The notes beneath the pieces are model-generated. The model ran no database searches, had not been told where the DNA came from, and saw nothing but the letters and a program-made list of their open reading frames with translations. 64,000 bases of DNA, taken from the NCBI GenBank assembly GCA_051362555.1, contig CM120641.1, positions 40,058,401 to 40,122,400 of the forward strand. Reading direction: 5' to 3'. The DNA comes from Lingula anatina. Taxonomy: Eukaryota > Animalia > Brachiopoda. Both the position numbers and the translations under genes were made by a program. Shown piece by piece: positions 1-60,800 of this stretch; the first letter of the stretch is position 1; each line of letters starts with the position of its first letter.

Positions 1-1113
1 CAGTGATCTCAGTGCACTTGATTGCACTGCTTCCAAACTTTCCATAGACAAAAATACCACACTAGATTAAGATCTCCGATAATTTGGCTGTCTTGTATTC
101 ATTTATCTTAGTTCATTATAAACAAGTTTATCTTCACCCTGATAAAGATGCATCTAGGTGTTTTAAACAAAACAGAACTGAGACAGCACTCCTGTCTTGC
201 CCAGTCAAACAAAAATTATGCTAAAATTCAACTTTTCCTCTCATTTAAGTGCATGCTTTAAATTGGGAGCTGAGAAGAGAAAGCAAATTTCCTCAACTGG
301 GGTCACTAACACACGCTAATTTGGAAGGTAAACATGACCATGAAAGGAGGGCAGCCAGTAAGAACATCTGTACACCAAACTATGGGTTAACTTTTCATAA
401 ACTGTTGGTTGGTCTCACTTTAACATCAATGTGTTTTCAGACTTACATAAAGTTCTAATTTCTACGAAGAGATGTGAAGAACACACTTTTAGAAGGCCGT
501 TCCTGTGCACACTATCAAGACTATCAAGCTTACACCTTTAACTTAAGCATGATATAAAATTACCACCTTTTAAGTAACACTATGTAAAGGCAAATGAAAT
601 TTTTTAACAACAAGGAAAACTAAAATAACTTGATTTCACAACCTTTAACGCTCTACCATCTAACAAATGGGAAATATTCCTCCGTCCCTTTTACCTGGTT
701 AACAAACATGTTTTGTACACCTTGATTACTTTCAAAATATCACTAGGGGCTTGTTACTTGGTAATTGTAGTGGGAAGTATAAAAGATGGTCCTAAATCTC
801 TAATATGCACATGCATGTCATAAATACTAAGTACCCTGCCAGCCACTTAAGATGTCTCGAGATCCCTTTGGTGAAAACACGATTTGTACATAAATGTTCA
901 AAAATAACGATAGAATCAAGACATTAACTTATAGATAAATATTTAGAAAAGTAATATGCGAAGTGATGTACAACATATTCCTTAAGGTGATACACCTGAA
1001 GTTTAGATCCGATCTTAAAAACTTCATTTTTCCTTCTAATTTCAGAACTTTTGAATTGATTTCAATTCTCCGAACTTTCAAAAAACACTATAAAAAGTAT
1101 TTAAAATACTTAC

Positions 1114-1207
1114 TGTGTTTAGACAGCTTATTCTTGTTAAGGATCTTCTGTATACTAATTAAATCCTGGTCCTTAACGGCCTGCAGCAGTTCAAAATCTT
1201 TCCCCAT
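1114..1207 (-). CDS. CASKIN: First coding exon of a Caskin-like ankyrin/SH3/SAM scaffold (MGKDFELLQAVKDQDLISIQKILNKNKLSKH)
   Basis: ATG in good context (aacATGg); 94 nt to an A|gtaagt donor. It resembles the Caskin N-terminus MGKEQELVQAVKAED as recalled. The ANKS1 family (MGKDQELLEA) is the less likely alternative. Confidence 0.8.
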
Positions 1208-1379
1208 GTTGCCGAATCAAGTGCTGATTAACGAAACGAAATATTTACGACCACATTTGGTCGTCACTTGAAATCACGTTTTATGACAGAAGTGTAAAGA
1301 AAATCTCTTCTAATTCTTAATCCAATGCTTTTCCCTATTTGAATAACATGTTTTATCCTTCGTATAGCTCCCAAGATCA

Positions 1380-1530
1380 AGTTCTTCGCTGGAGTGAAGT
1401 TTAAATCTCCCAGAATATTGGCGGCCTGGCGTAGTGTTGTTGATCTCTCCCTTGGGGTTACTCATTTCCGGTTGACATGCTCACTCGGCCACTTCTGACG
1501 TCACAATGTGAACACAGGTGCTTGCTGCTT
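1380..1530 (-). promoter_or_regulatory. Probable Caskin promoter and 5' region with a CRE and an ETS-type site
   Basis: Perfect TGACGTCA at 1496-1503 and CCGGAAAT (minus strand) at 1464-1471; locally CpG-rich, ~250-300 bp upstream of the ATG. Confidence 0.55.
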
Positions 1531-1647
1531 TCTGCTGTGATTGTCAGTGTCATGGATGCGATAGATGTGACAAGGACCTGCATATTTGTAAACTGATTGT
1601 GACAGGTAAAGGTCATCTCACCTCTCTCCTAACGCTGGGAAAGAAAA

Positions 1648-1722
1648 GTGCGAAACGAAAGTGGCTCAATCTCTAAAGGAACAAAGCTATATCATTGAGA
1701 CAACAAAAATTTATTTTTTTGC
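1648..1722 (+). repeat. Short dispersed repeat; second copy at ~4787-4868
   Basis: tgcgaaacgaaagtg..tcaat....aggaacaaag...ttgaga is present in both. Confidence 0.65.
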
Positions 1723-2110
1723 TATATTTTTTGATTAAAAAAAAAAAACATTCTGACGAGTTCAGAGTGCACGTAAACATTTGTTGAACACGCGCGCAAT
1801 GATTTTTCATACACACAATCTAAACAAACTAATGTATATGCCACTGTAGCCATTAAAAAATATAGTTAAGCTGATAGAATGTAATCTTGGTTGGAAACCA
1901 GGGTTTTTTAAAATCCCATTTTATTATTATTATTTGGGGAGGGGGGCTATAGAAAGAAGAAGGGAGTGTTACCCTCTTTCACAAAAGCCAATTTGGCAAA
2001 GGTGCCGTATTAGTACATCTTGATTTGATTTTAGACAGAAGAACTAGTGCATCACTACGTGGATCCATGGATTTTAAAGGATTCTACGCCATTTGGAGAT
2101 AGGGCCAACG

Positions 2111-2210
2111 ACCTTCATCCATTGTGCAATGAATGTGCTCTCAACTACCACAATTGTACAACCTTGATCCATTGTGCAATGAATGTGCTCTCAACAACTA
2201 CAATTGTACA
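2111..2210. repeat. 50-bp tandem duplication
   Basis: acctt.atccattgtgcaatgaatgtgctctcaac...caattgtaca occurs twice. Confidence 0.9.
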
Positions 2211-2480
2211 GTCCTTGTCGGCGGTCTCTGAGTGCTTTGCTAGCTTTTAATTTTTTTATATATATATATATAATTGCTCGGATAATTTTTTCAGGCTGTT
2301 TTCATAACTGTGAATAGTTTGGTTTCGGGACTATAAGCAAGATAAAAATTCAACAAGCCTTCATTGGTATATGTATAAACTGCCATCTGCATACTAAATA
2401 TATTAAGTTGACTGACACTAATATAAGGATGTTGGGCCCATGTTGGAATGTTTTCTTTGGCTTATCAACCTTTGGCCAAT

Positions 2481-2542
2481 ATTGGGCCAATGTTGGTATG
2501 CCAACGGAAATATTCGTGTTGGCATACCAACATTGGCCCAAT
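2481..2542. repeat. Perfect 25-bp inverted repeat with a 12-nt loop
   Basis: attgggccaatgttggtatgccaac / gttggcataccaacattggcccaat. Confidence 0.9.
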
Positions 2543-3380
2543 GTCATAAAGCTATCAAGCAGAACTTTTTTTTTCTAACTCGTATTTATCTTTTTCTTTT
2601 CTTTTTTTTTTTTTTTTTATCTCAGTGATAAGTTAAAATTTTTTTCTAAAGAAAGAACAAGTTAACTTGCTGTTTCCGAAAGTTATTTTATTGAATCTCA
2701 GTCAGTGCACCGTCAATACACTCCTCAATCGAAACAATACAATTGAGAATAGTGGAAGTAACCGTCTGGAAGCAACTGCCTGGAACTAACTGCCTGAAGG
2801 CGACTGTATCCGTCAATGAATGCATATGAACGAAGGTGAGAGTAAAAGTAAGTGTAAGTAATAAATAAGTAAGTAAGTGAGTGAATAAGTGTTGTTATAT
2901 CTTTTTGACTACTGGTACCACGTCGAAACGATAGCCCCAATTTCCATGTATCTTACGTGTATTCTACTCCCAAATTTGCATACCCACAGATGCATAACTC
3001 CAAGCAGCTTAATTTATGTACTTCCAGGATTTGCCTGTAACTAGTTTACTCACTAGTTTACTTGATATACTAAATATATCAACAGTTCCTATTACATATC
3101 AATGAAGTAACGATATCCATTGCAAGACATATTCCAGTAACCTTCCAGCTTGTACTAAAGGTCAAATTTTAAAATTCCTACTACCTAACGTATGTTACTC
3201 ATTTCGTCAGTACACCAGAGACATTTATCATGTTCGATTCATTTTCACAAATGATTTTAAGTTGCAACAAATTTTTCAAAATTATCATTATAATTCAAAC
3301 ATTGATATTCCTTCAAAACCAACATGCATAAATAAAACCAGTATAATACAGCTGACAACTAGCCAATGACAGTTGTTACC

Positions 3381-3413
<33 letters not shown>

Positions 3414-3772
3414 GAAATACAAATTTTGCCGTTCAAATCACAAGACAAGAACTCCAGCCATATTAATAAAGCTCTTAGGTGAGGTGAATATTTCTTTATA
3501 CATGTAGATCCCGTGCCATTCTTTCAAAAACCGCAAGAACTTTCTCCCTTCTCTGACAATATCCGCTGACGTTCTGCCTAAATCCTGGTGGGTTTTATCC
3601 CACTGCTGTTGGGAGAATTCACCAAAAAAGCCATCACTCAACAACGAGTAAATGATCGGAGTGGCAACTCTGCTGTTAACACTCTTTGTCTTCAGGTTAC
3701 CGGCGTGCTTGTAGGCCACTGTTTGCTCAGTCAAGAGAAGCAAGGAAAATGACCACAGTATCCGCTGAAAAA

Positions 3773-4332
3773 GCAGAGGCGTATTAAAAAAACGCATTTA
3801 AATTTAAGTTCTAATTTATTTATTGGACTGTCCTCAAATGGACCTATCTACGCCAGACTTCTATGATCTCTTATGAAAGATGGGGAACCACTTCGTTTAC
3901 GTTTTGGAACAAACTCTAAATAAAAGTTTTCCATCACCCTTCAGCTCTAACATGTAATGGAACAAGCTGCTTAAACATCTTCATTTACGCCATCATAAAG
4001 ACGTCATTCTTAAATGCTTCTAACCTTACCATTTTAGACTAGACTGTGTCTTATCTGGAAACAGCCGTATATGCGACCAATATATATCACTGAGAGACCG
4101 TTTCACTGAGACGAGTTTCTTTCATTTATGGTTTGTTTTGCGAAGTGCTTGGTTTATTAATACGTTTATCAGTTGCTATACAGTTTAGAATCATAGTTTT
4201 TGCTACTGACGGGATAGCCATTAACATGCAAAATGATAATAAATGTTCTGGTCAGACTTTTCTTTTTAAAAGGCATTAATTTAAACAATAGTATTCAGAT
4301 ACGGTTAAAGATAGTGCTCATCAAACTTGGTT
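3773..4332 (+). repeat. Copy 1 of a ~550-bp local duplication or dispersed repeat
   Basis: Collinear with 5376-5824 plus 6246-6325; partial third copy near 6613-6675. Confidence 0.85.
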
Positions 4333-5386
4333 GATGAATCCTTTGTTAAAGTTGGTGCTATTCATTTCATACATTCATACATGCAAACAAGAACTTAAGG
4401 ATATTGTAACCCTTATTATCATCCAGGTACCGAAAATGAGTTTTTTCCTGCATCTAAATATTTAAAAATGCGTCTATATTTGTGCTGATTTGAAACAATG
4501 AAAAAAACACTCCAAAATATAAAATACCGGTGTTTATATTTTTCGTTGCACTGTATCAGCATAGGCAACTCAAAAATTTAATCGAGTAAGTTTGGTCAGT
4601 CGAACCGATGGCTGGATTGTCCATGCTGTCTTAGGAGACTCCAGATCTCCCAGCCAGAGAAATAAACGTAGAGGACGGTCAGTTTGTAGTTGAGCTCTGG
4701 AAAACTTACCATAGCCGTTTTGTTACCTGCTGTAGAAGTAACTCACACTAGTACCCCTGTGATAGTTGAATGCATGAGAAAGAATGTTGCGAAACGAAAG
4801 TGATTCAATTATTATAGGAACAAAGTGTTACCCTTGAGATGAAACAGTGACAAAAGATTAATTTTTGCAATAGCTATCTTCCGAAATATTCCATAAGATC
4901 ATACTTTATGTAAATTAAAGCTATGTTGGGCAAAGCTATTGATTTTGCATTTATAAAACCGAAACAAACTACAAAAAATTAACTTGGTTTCGTAAGTGCG
5001 AGTCCAAAGATTAAACTGCAACATGAGCAAATAACCACTTAAGCCATCTGTTAAGATTTCAAAGTTTATTAGATAGAATATAGACGAAGAGATGAGGCTC
5101 GTGCTAAAAAGGAAATAGTTACCCATTTCACCAAAACCCATTTAGCAAATAATATATGCATTTTGATTAATTCCTGCCGTAATATATTTTCCAGTTCAAG
5201 TCAAACATGCATTACGTACTTCTCGCAATAGATGGGGTATTATTATCAATAATATAATAAAATTATATTCATTTTAATGAAATATACTTTCAAGAAAAAA
5301 CCAAAATTATGTATGGATGGGATGTTTTAAAAGGGAAAGCAAATTAAAAGACTTCAAAAAAGCAAAGAATTGACGCAGAGGTGTAT

Positions 5387-5419
<33 letters not shown>

Positions 5420-5823
5420 GCATTTAAATTTTAGATTTAATGCATTTATTGGACAGTCCTCAAATAGATCTATCTACGCCAGACTACTATGATCTCTATT
5501 GAGAGACGGAGAACCACTTCGTTCAGTTTTATGGGAAAACTCTAAAGTTTTCCATCACCCCTCAGGTCTGAAATGTAATGGGACAAGCTGCTTAAATATT
5601 CTTCTTTAGACTAGACTGTCTTATCTGCAAAAAGGCGTGTGTGCGACCAATAAATATCACTGAGAGTCCGTTAGAGACGAGTTTCTTTCATTTATGGTTT
5701 GTTTTGCGAAGTGCTTGGTTAATTAATCCGTTTATCAGTTGCTATACAGTTTAGAATCATAGTTTTTGCTACTGACGGGATAGCCATTAACATGCCAAAT
5801 GATGATAAAATGTTCAGGTCAGA

Positions 5824-6244
5824 CAGGGGCGGATCCAGACATTTTCTGACAGTCTTCCAAATTATCTTTATGATAAATCCTCCATTTTTGACCGTCTTCC
5901 AACAGAAAAATTAGAGTGCATTCCCATAGATTTAGATCGATCCATCTAGATCTACCTAACTCCCTGGGGTCAGCCGAGCGCGCACGGCAATTAATTACCC
6001 CCTTACAGCTTTTAGTAGGCGGGACAGACATTTAAGCCGGTTAAGCTGACACCAGCGTCTGTTCCGCCTACTAAAAGCTGTAAGGGGGTAATAAATTGCC
6101 GTGTGCGCTCGGCTGACTGCAATTTAGCGTGAACCCCCAGGCCGATCTAAATCTTCATCTCTGGGGATGCACCCTTGGATACCCGTCAATGTGAACTCGA
6201 AAATCTGACCGGAAGACCCAGAAGAACGCCCAAAAACGCCCCAG
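5824..6244. mobile_element. CAGGGGCGGATCCAG-type MITE carrying a nested second MITE
   Basis: Ends CAGGGGCG and CGCCCCAG; absent from copy 1; the same left end recurs near 56809. Confidence 0.65.
5914..6174. mobile_element. Foldback MITE with 61-bp internal inverted arms
   Basis: Termini gtgcattccca/tggggatgcac; arms 5969-6029 and 6057-6117; related copy at 22031-22245. Confidence 0.8.
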
Positions 6245-6694
6245 ACAGACTCTTCTTTTTGAAAGGCATTAATTTAAACAGGAGCATTCAGATACATTTA
6301 AAGATAGTACTCATCAAACTTGTTTGGTGAGTTCTCGGTTCAAGTAGGTGATATTCACTTCTTGAAGAAGAGAACCCGCTTGGATGCTTCGCCCCCTAAT
6401 AGGTCTACAAAATGAAAGAGACTCATCTCTAAGAACAGATGATCCGCAGACTAACTGATCTGCCGACCAAATATGAGCAACCCACTTAAAGGCGATGCCG
6501 TTTACTCCCAGATGGTCTCCCCGCCTCCACCGCTGCTGCAAGCGCCTTGCAATTAAATCTCAGAGCTGAGATTTTAACCATTTAATGGCGTGTGCGGAGG
6601 CAGGGAGACCACCAGTCTCTTTCATTTTTGATTTGTGACGTGCTTGGTTTATTAACCCGTTTATCAGTTGCTATATTGCTCAAAGAATGCTGTG

Positions 6695-6917
6695 GCATGG
6701 TTACTTCGTTCACATGAAAAGTCTATTTTCTAAAAATCTATTTTCTATTTGCGGTATCTTGTGATTACGGTCTGTGCCCTGATTACTGGCAGCATGAGCC
6801 AGTTACTTCCAAAGCTGTAATTAATTCTCGGCTGCGCTCGGAGTGATCACAAGATACCGCGAATAGAAAATAGATTTTTAGAAAATAGATTTTTCATGTG
6901 AACGGAGTCTAACATGC
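6695..6917. mobile_element. Foldback MITE with ~65-bp terminal inverted repeats
   Basis: acttcgttcacatgaaaa...gcggtatcttgtga is mirrored by tcacaagataccgc...ttttcatgtgaacggagt. Confidence 0.78.
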
Positions 6918-8851
6918 TTACTGTATTTAATTTTGTATAGAATAATATCCAAAAATGGGTGTGTTAACAAATGACTTCATATTCAAAATGTTCCACGCAG
7001 AGATCTTATAACTTCCTTTCTTTCATTGGAAAATGAACAAGAGGGTTTCAAGAAAGCAACGTTTCAAAGCTAATTATATCATCTTTATTAGTTTGCATTT
7101 TTTAGAAAATGTTAATTCCCTGATTATAATTCCCATCAGTTTACTAGTACTAACAATCTTATCAAAATACCAATCTTTTCTTATTACATTTTTATACAAA
7201 ATTATGCACAGATAAATTGCAAGTACAATATAAATTGTTGTCAAACAGCTTTTAAAAGGTACACATTAATAATTGTGAATACTTTGGTTCTGGAACTATA
7301 ACCATGAAAAAGAAATCAAGTAAACATGTTACCATTCTACAGATGTATACTGTAGCCTAAAGGGTATAGAAATTTGCTCCTGTATTATCAATCTAAACCA
7401 TTACCACATTTTGTATAAATAGATACCTTCTGTTGTGACTAATAGAGTTTTTAACCATGTCATGTGACCTGATCATTTTTCATTTTGACAATACTGAACT
7501 GGATCGCATTTAAAAATCCTCATTTAAACAATGTTGAACACACAGCGAATTGCTATATATACTTAGGACTATTCTACAACTAGTATACTTTGTGATTACA
7601 ACCATTCTGTTATGTGAAATTTCAAATATAGGTACTAAAACACACTGACGATATAGGAAATAACACTATATATGTTGATGTGTGTAACATATCAGTGGAT
7701 TAGTTCAACTAGCAGACCACAAATCAAGTAGACAAATGCAACAGGACAGTGTACATGGACCAGCATGTATCTTTGTGCAAATGATGAACACAGAGTTCTA
7801 CAACTACACAATGGTGTCCTTACTATATACAGCTTTTTAACTGCTGCTATTATCTTGGATTATCATACCAGGCATATCTCAGGGGGGTAATTCTGGGGGA
7901 AGATGGAGACTTGTAAAACAAATTTTCAAATAAAAATTGTAGTAATTGTAAGTTGTATACACTGCCATTACATATCTTATGTGTTATGTTATCTTAACAT
8001 AAATCTAACAAAAGCCCAAGGCTCAAGTTCCTATACATAAACCAAGTGGGTCACTGCAAGTCATCCTTTATTCATCAAGTTCTAGTGAGGCTGCCGATAC
8101 TGGATGGTCTACTGAACTGATCCATATTCACATAGTTGCTAAAGCTCTCACATGAACTTAAATAGATAGTTATGCTAAATAGACTAAATATATATACAGG
8201 GTGTAATGAAGTACTAATGTAAGTGTAAAAATGGCTTAATAAGAATATGATCTAAATCATAGCAAGATATGTTTGGTTTTCTATGAATAATTTCTCATTT
8301 AATTTTAATTGATAGAATCCTAATAGAAATTTAAACTTGAAATAATGCATTATGGTTCACAGTTAGTAAAATGAATATGAATATGTCCAGTTTTAATATA
8401 GTTGTAATGATATTATATTAGCAGTTGATTTAATAATGGCAACTAACATAGACAACATTCCATCCATTTGTTGAATTATGCCATTTTTTCTTCAAAGATT
8501 CCTGAAAATAAATGCTCACAACCTGCAGAATATTTTAACAAATCTTTACATTCTTACTATTTTATACATTTCTTTGCACTGTTATTTGCCTTTATTTGTG
8601 TACCCCCAGCTCATACAAACGAAAACGTAGTAGGAATCTCCAAAAAATATCTATACCAGACAGGGTGGAGTTGAACCTAAATCTAAGTGTGCATGTGGGC
8701 CCTTAAAGTTAAATGACAGATTACATAAGATGCAAATGACCTGTACAAACATTCAAAGAGATTTCAGAGAACTAGTTCCACTAGTTGTATATCACTCATT
8801 AACCATAATCTTTGAAGAATATTATATTCTGAAACTGCATTAAATGCAATG

Positions 8852-57898
<49,047 letters not shown>

Positions 57899-60800
57899 CT
57901 AGAATAAAAAAGAAATGACAATTTTACTCAATTGAAATACAAAATCAATATTGATTTATTTCAGTGGAAAAGATACATTGAAAATGAGTACTGTGGCAAT
58001 TTGAAAAGCTGGTAATAAAAGCCGTTAACCGGTTATTACAAAAAGAGCAGGAGGCACAAAAATTACTTGAATCTTTTAACAATTAATTTTGCTAGCAACA
58101 TCAACAACACAAACATTATGTTTATTAATAACTATAAATTGTACAAAGGCTGAGTGTCAAATAGATGTTTTAAACAAATATTTTTACCAAATTTTGTAAC
58201 TTAGCATAAAGAGTACTTTTTGATCAATAAGCATGGACAGAGCCACATTTTCTTCACACACTTTACTAAAATACTTTTTTGTCTGTTACTGTAACATATT
58301 CCCATCAAGTATGCTTTTTTAGGGAAGATATGCAGTGAAATGCATTCTTATGTGACACTCATTTGTTATTGATTGGAATCATTATTACTGAATACAAACG
58401 CATGATGCTGAATTGTGATATTATTAGTAGAGGAACAATGGTTTCCCAGCACCATAATAAAGCAAGGCAATGAGACAGTCAGGGACAGACCATGCATCAC
58501 AACAGGAACACAAAAACTGGGAGGGGATAAACAAATAAAATCTGTCAATTTTTCACTCACTGTTTCATATGTTACCAAATGATGCATCCCTTGCACATAA
58601 AACATCAAGTTTGTTTTCAATTGTTTTGAAAGAAAAGCCTGACCATGGGAGTTTGAAGACCTATTAACATTATCCTTAATGCAAAAGTGAATCAGTTAAC
58701 AACTAATGTTACAAAAATTGCTATTAAAAAAGAAGTGTGGCCATGTCCCATAAAACATGGCTAATGGACAAAAAATCTATATCATTATTTAGCTGTGCAC
58801 TGATACCTAAATTGGCTCTGTTTAAAGTGTGAAGGTTTCAATAGACAAACGTGGCATTAGTTTCCATGATAAAAATTGAACACTTAGTGTATATTTGAGG
58901 CAAAGGTCTGTGTATATTCAACAATGGCCCCCAGATGCTAAAATAGTCATTCCTTTGTATAATGCCATGGAAAAACATAAATGCCAACAAAATCAATGTT
59001 TGAGACCAATTAAGAACCATTTAATGTAACATTTGGTTAATAAGCAGACATTATCTCAAATTCCTGAAATATAATCATGGGAATACGGTTTAAATAAGTT
59101 TACTTCCTGACAAACATTTCTTGATTTTAAGTACCTTAATGGTCAACATCTTAAAATCAAAATAATGCACAGGTTGAAATGTATACATGTTAATTAAAAT
59201 TTGATATGCCTAAAAAGGAATGATCATGAAGTGTAAAATCCATCTTTATAAAAAAAAATTACCAAATGCCAAACAACCATACTGCAATGGTCTTTTTTAG
59301 AACTTTCATAAAGACACTATAACATGGGGTGTACATAAAACTGCCTGTAATGCCTTAAACATTCTCTTTTACCTTGTCCTAACTTTCACCCTTAGTTTGC
59401 CATTTATTATGACCTGATGGAAAATAATAAGCCACTAATGCCACCAATTTCTGCAACAACTGAAAACAAAGCTTGTTTTATTAACAAACATCATACCTGT
59501 GAGACTGCATGGAGGTAGAGCCTAGGGGATGATGTTAATAATAAAAACAAGTCAAAAGATAGATTTAAGTCTGCTTTGAACAAAGACAAACCAGTGAAAG
59601 CTGTTTTACATAGGAATGTATGTATTACAAAGGGGGAATGCTTAACACTAAGTTTGTATTTCAATATATTATTGGTAATACATTTTTGTTTAGATAAATG
59701 GCCACTTTGTTTTGAGGACTATACTTCCTTATCCTGGACTGAAGCTGACACAAATTCTCATTCACCAAGTCAAAACCAATTCTGATTTAACCCATGTGAA
59801 ACTGGGGCCTACTGCAGAAAGAAATATTGTCAAAACTATGTACGAGCGGAGACTCAGCTAAGAAAATTAGTTGACCGAGTTGCCTTTCACAAAGAACATG
59901 CAGACCTGCCTGCCTTTTAACTAAAATTCCTTTCTTATATAATTCTAATTGAGACTGATTAAATATCCTGAGTTTTTACAATAATCTATATTTGTTGCTC
60001 AATAATTTTGAACACTCTTAGACCAACATTCAATCAAAAATGACTTTATGAAGTTGACTCAATGGAGTTTGTCACTTTAAGCCAAGCCCCCAAAATTTTT
60101 TATTAATCAAGGCCTAGGTACATAGAGCCAATATTTGAGGCCATTAAATGACAAATTAATACATTTGCCGATAATAAACTTTTGAACTAAAATCTGTTCA
60201 AAAGTTACCAATTTTATATATTACATGATTGTGCCAAGTTGATGTTTAGCTGAAAGATCAGAACTTGGTCAGTCCAGTTTGAAGATATAAATACTGAGAA
60301 TGTTTTTTCCTCACAAAAGACACAGATTATCAAATAATGGCTCAAAGGAAAAGAAAACTGGAATCCTTACTGCCATTAGGCAAATAAGACCTTGAATCTA
60401 TAACTGATCATCATCACCCCCTCAAGTTTACCTTTTAATCAGGTTAATACATAGCCGAGGCACACAGAAAGGTAATGTCGGATGTAATACAAAGATCTAC
60501 AAAGGTCAGACAATCAAAGTCTTACAAAGATCTTCCTACGTATTTTGTCCTAAATATCGAATATCAAATACTGGTTTTCAAATGCAAATTTGATAGATTG
60601 TCTAAAACTGGTCACTAAAGTCAGTTTACACAAACATTTGAGATTTTAGAAACATGCAGGTTTTACACTGAGGCTACATTCCCAGAATACAACAGTGCAT
60701 CAGGGTACATGGAAGCACATTTACCCACAACTGATACTACAGCAAATTGTACCTCAAAATAAAATGCAATGTAAGGTAAGGCACGTCAACTAAATTTAGA

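Larger units (their letters stand above)
5376..6325 (+). repeat. Copy 2 of the duplication, interrupted by a ~420-bp insertion
   Basis: Alignment to copy 1 breaks at gtcagac (5824) and resumes at agactctt (6247). Confidence 0.85.
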
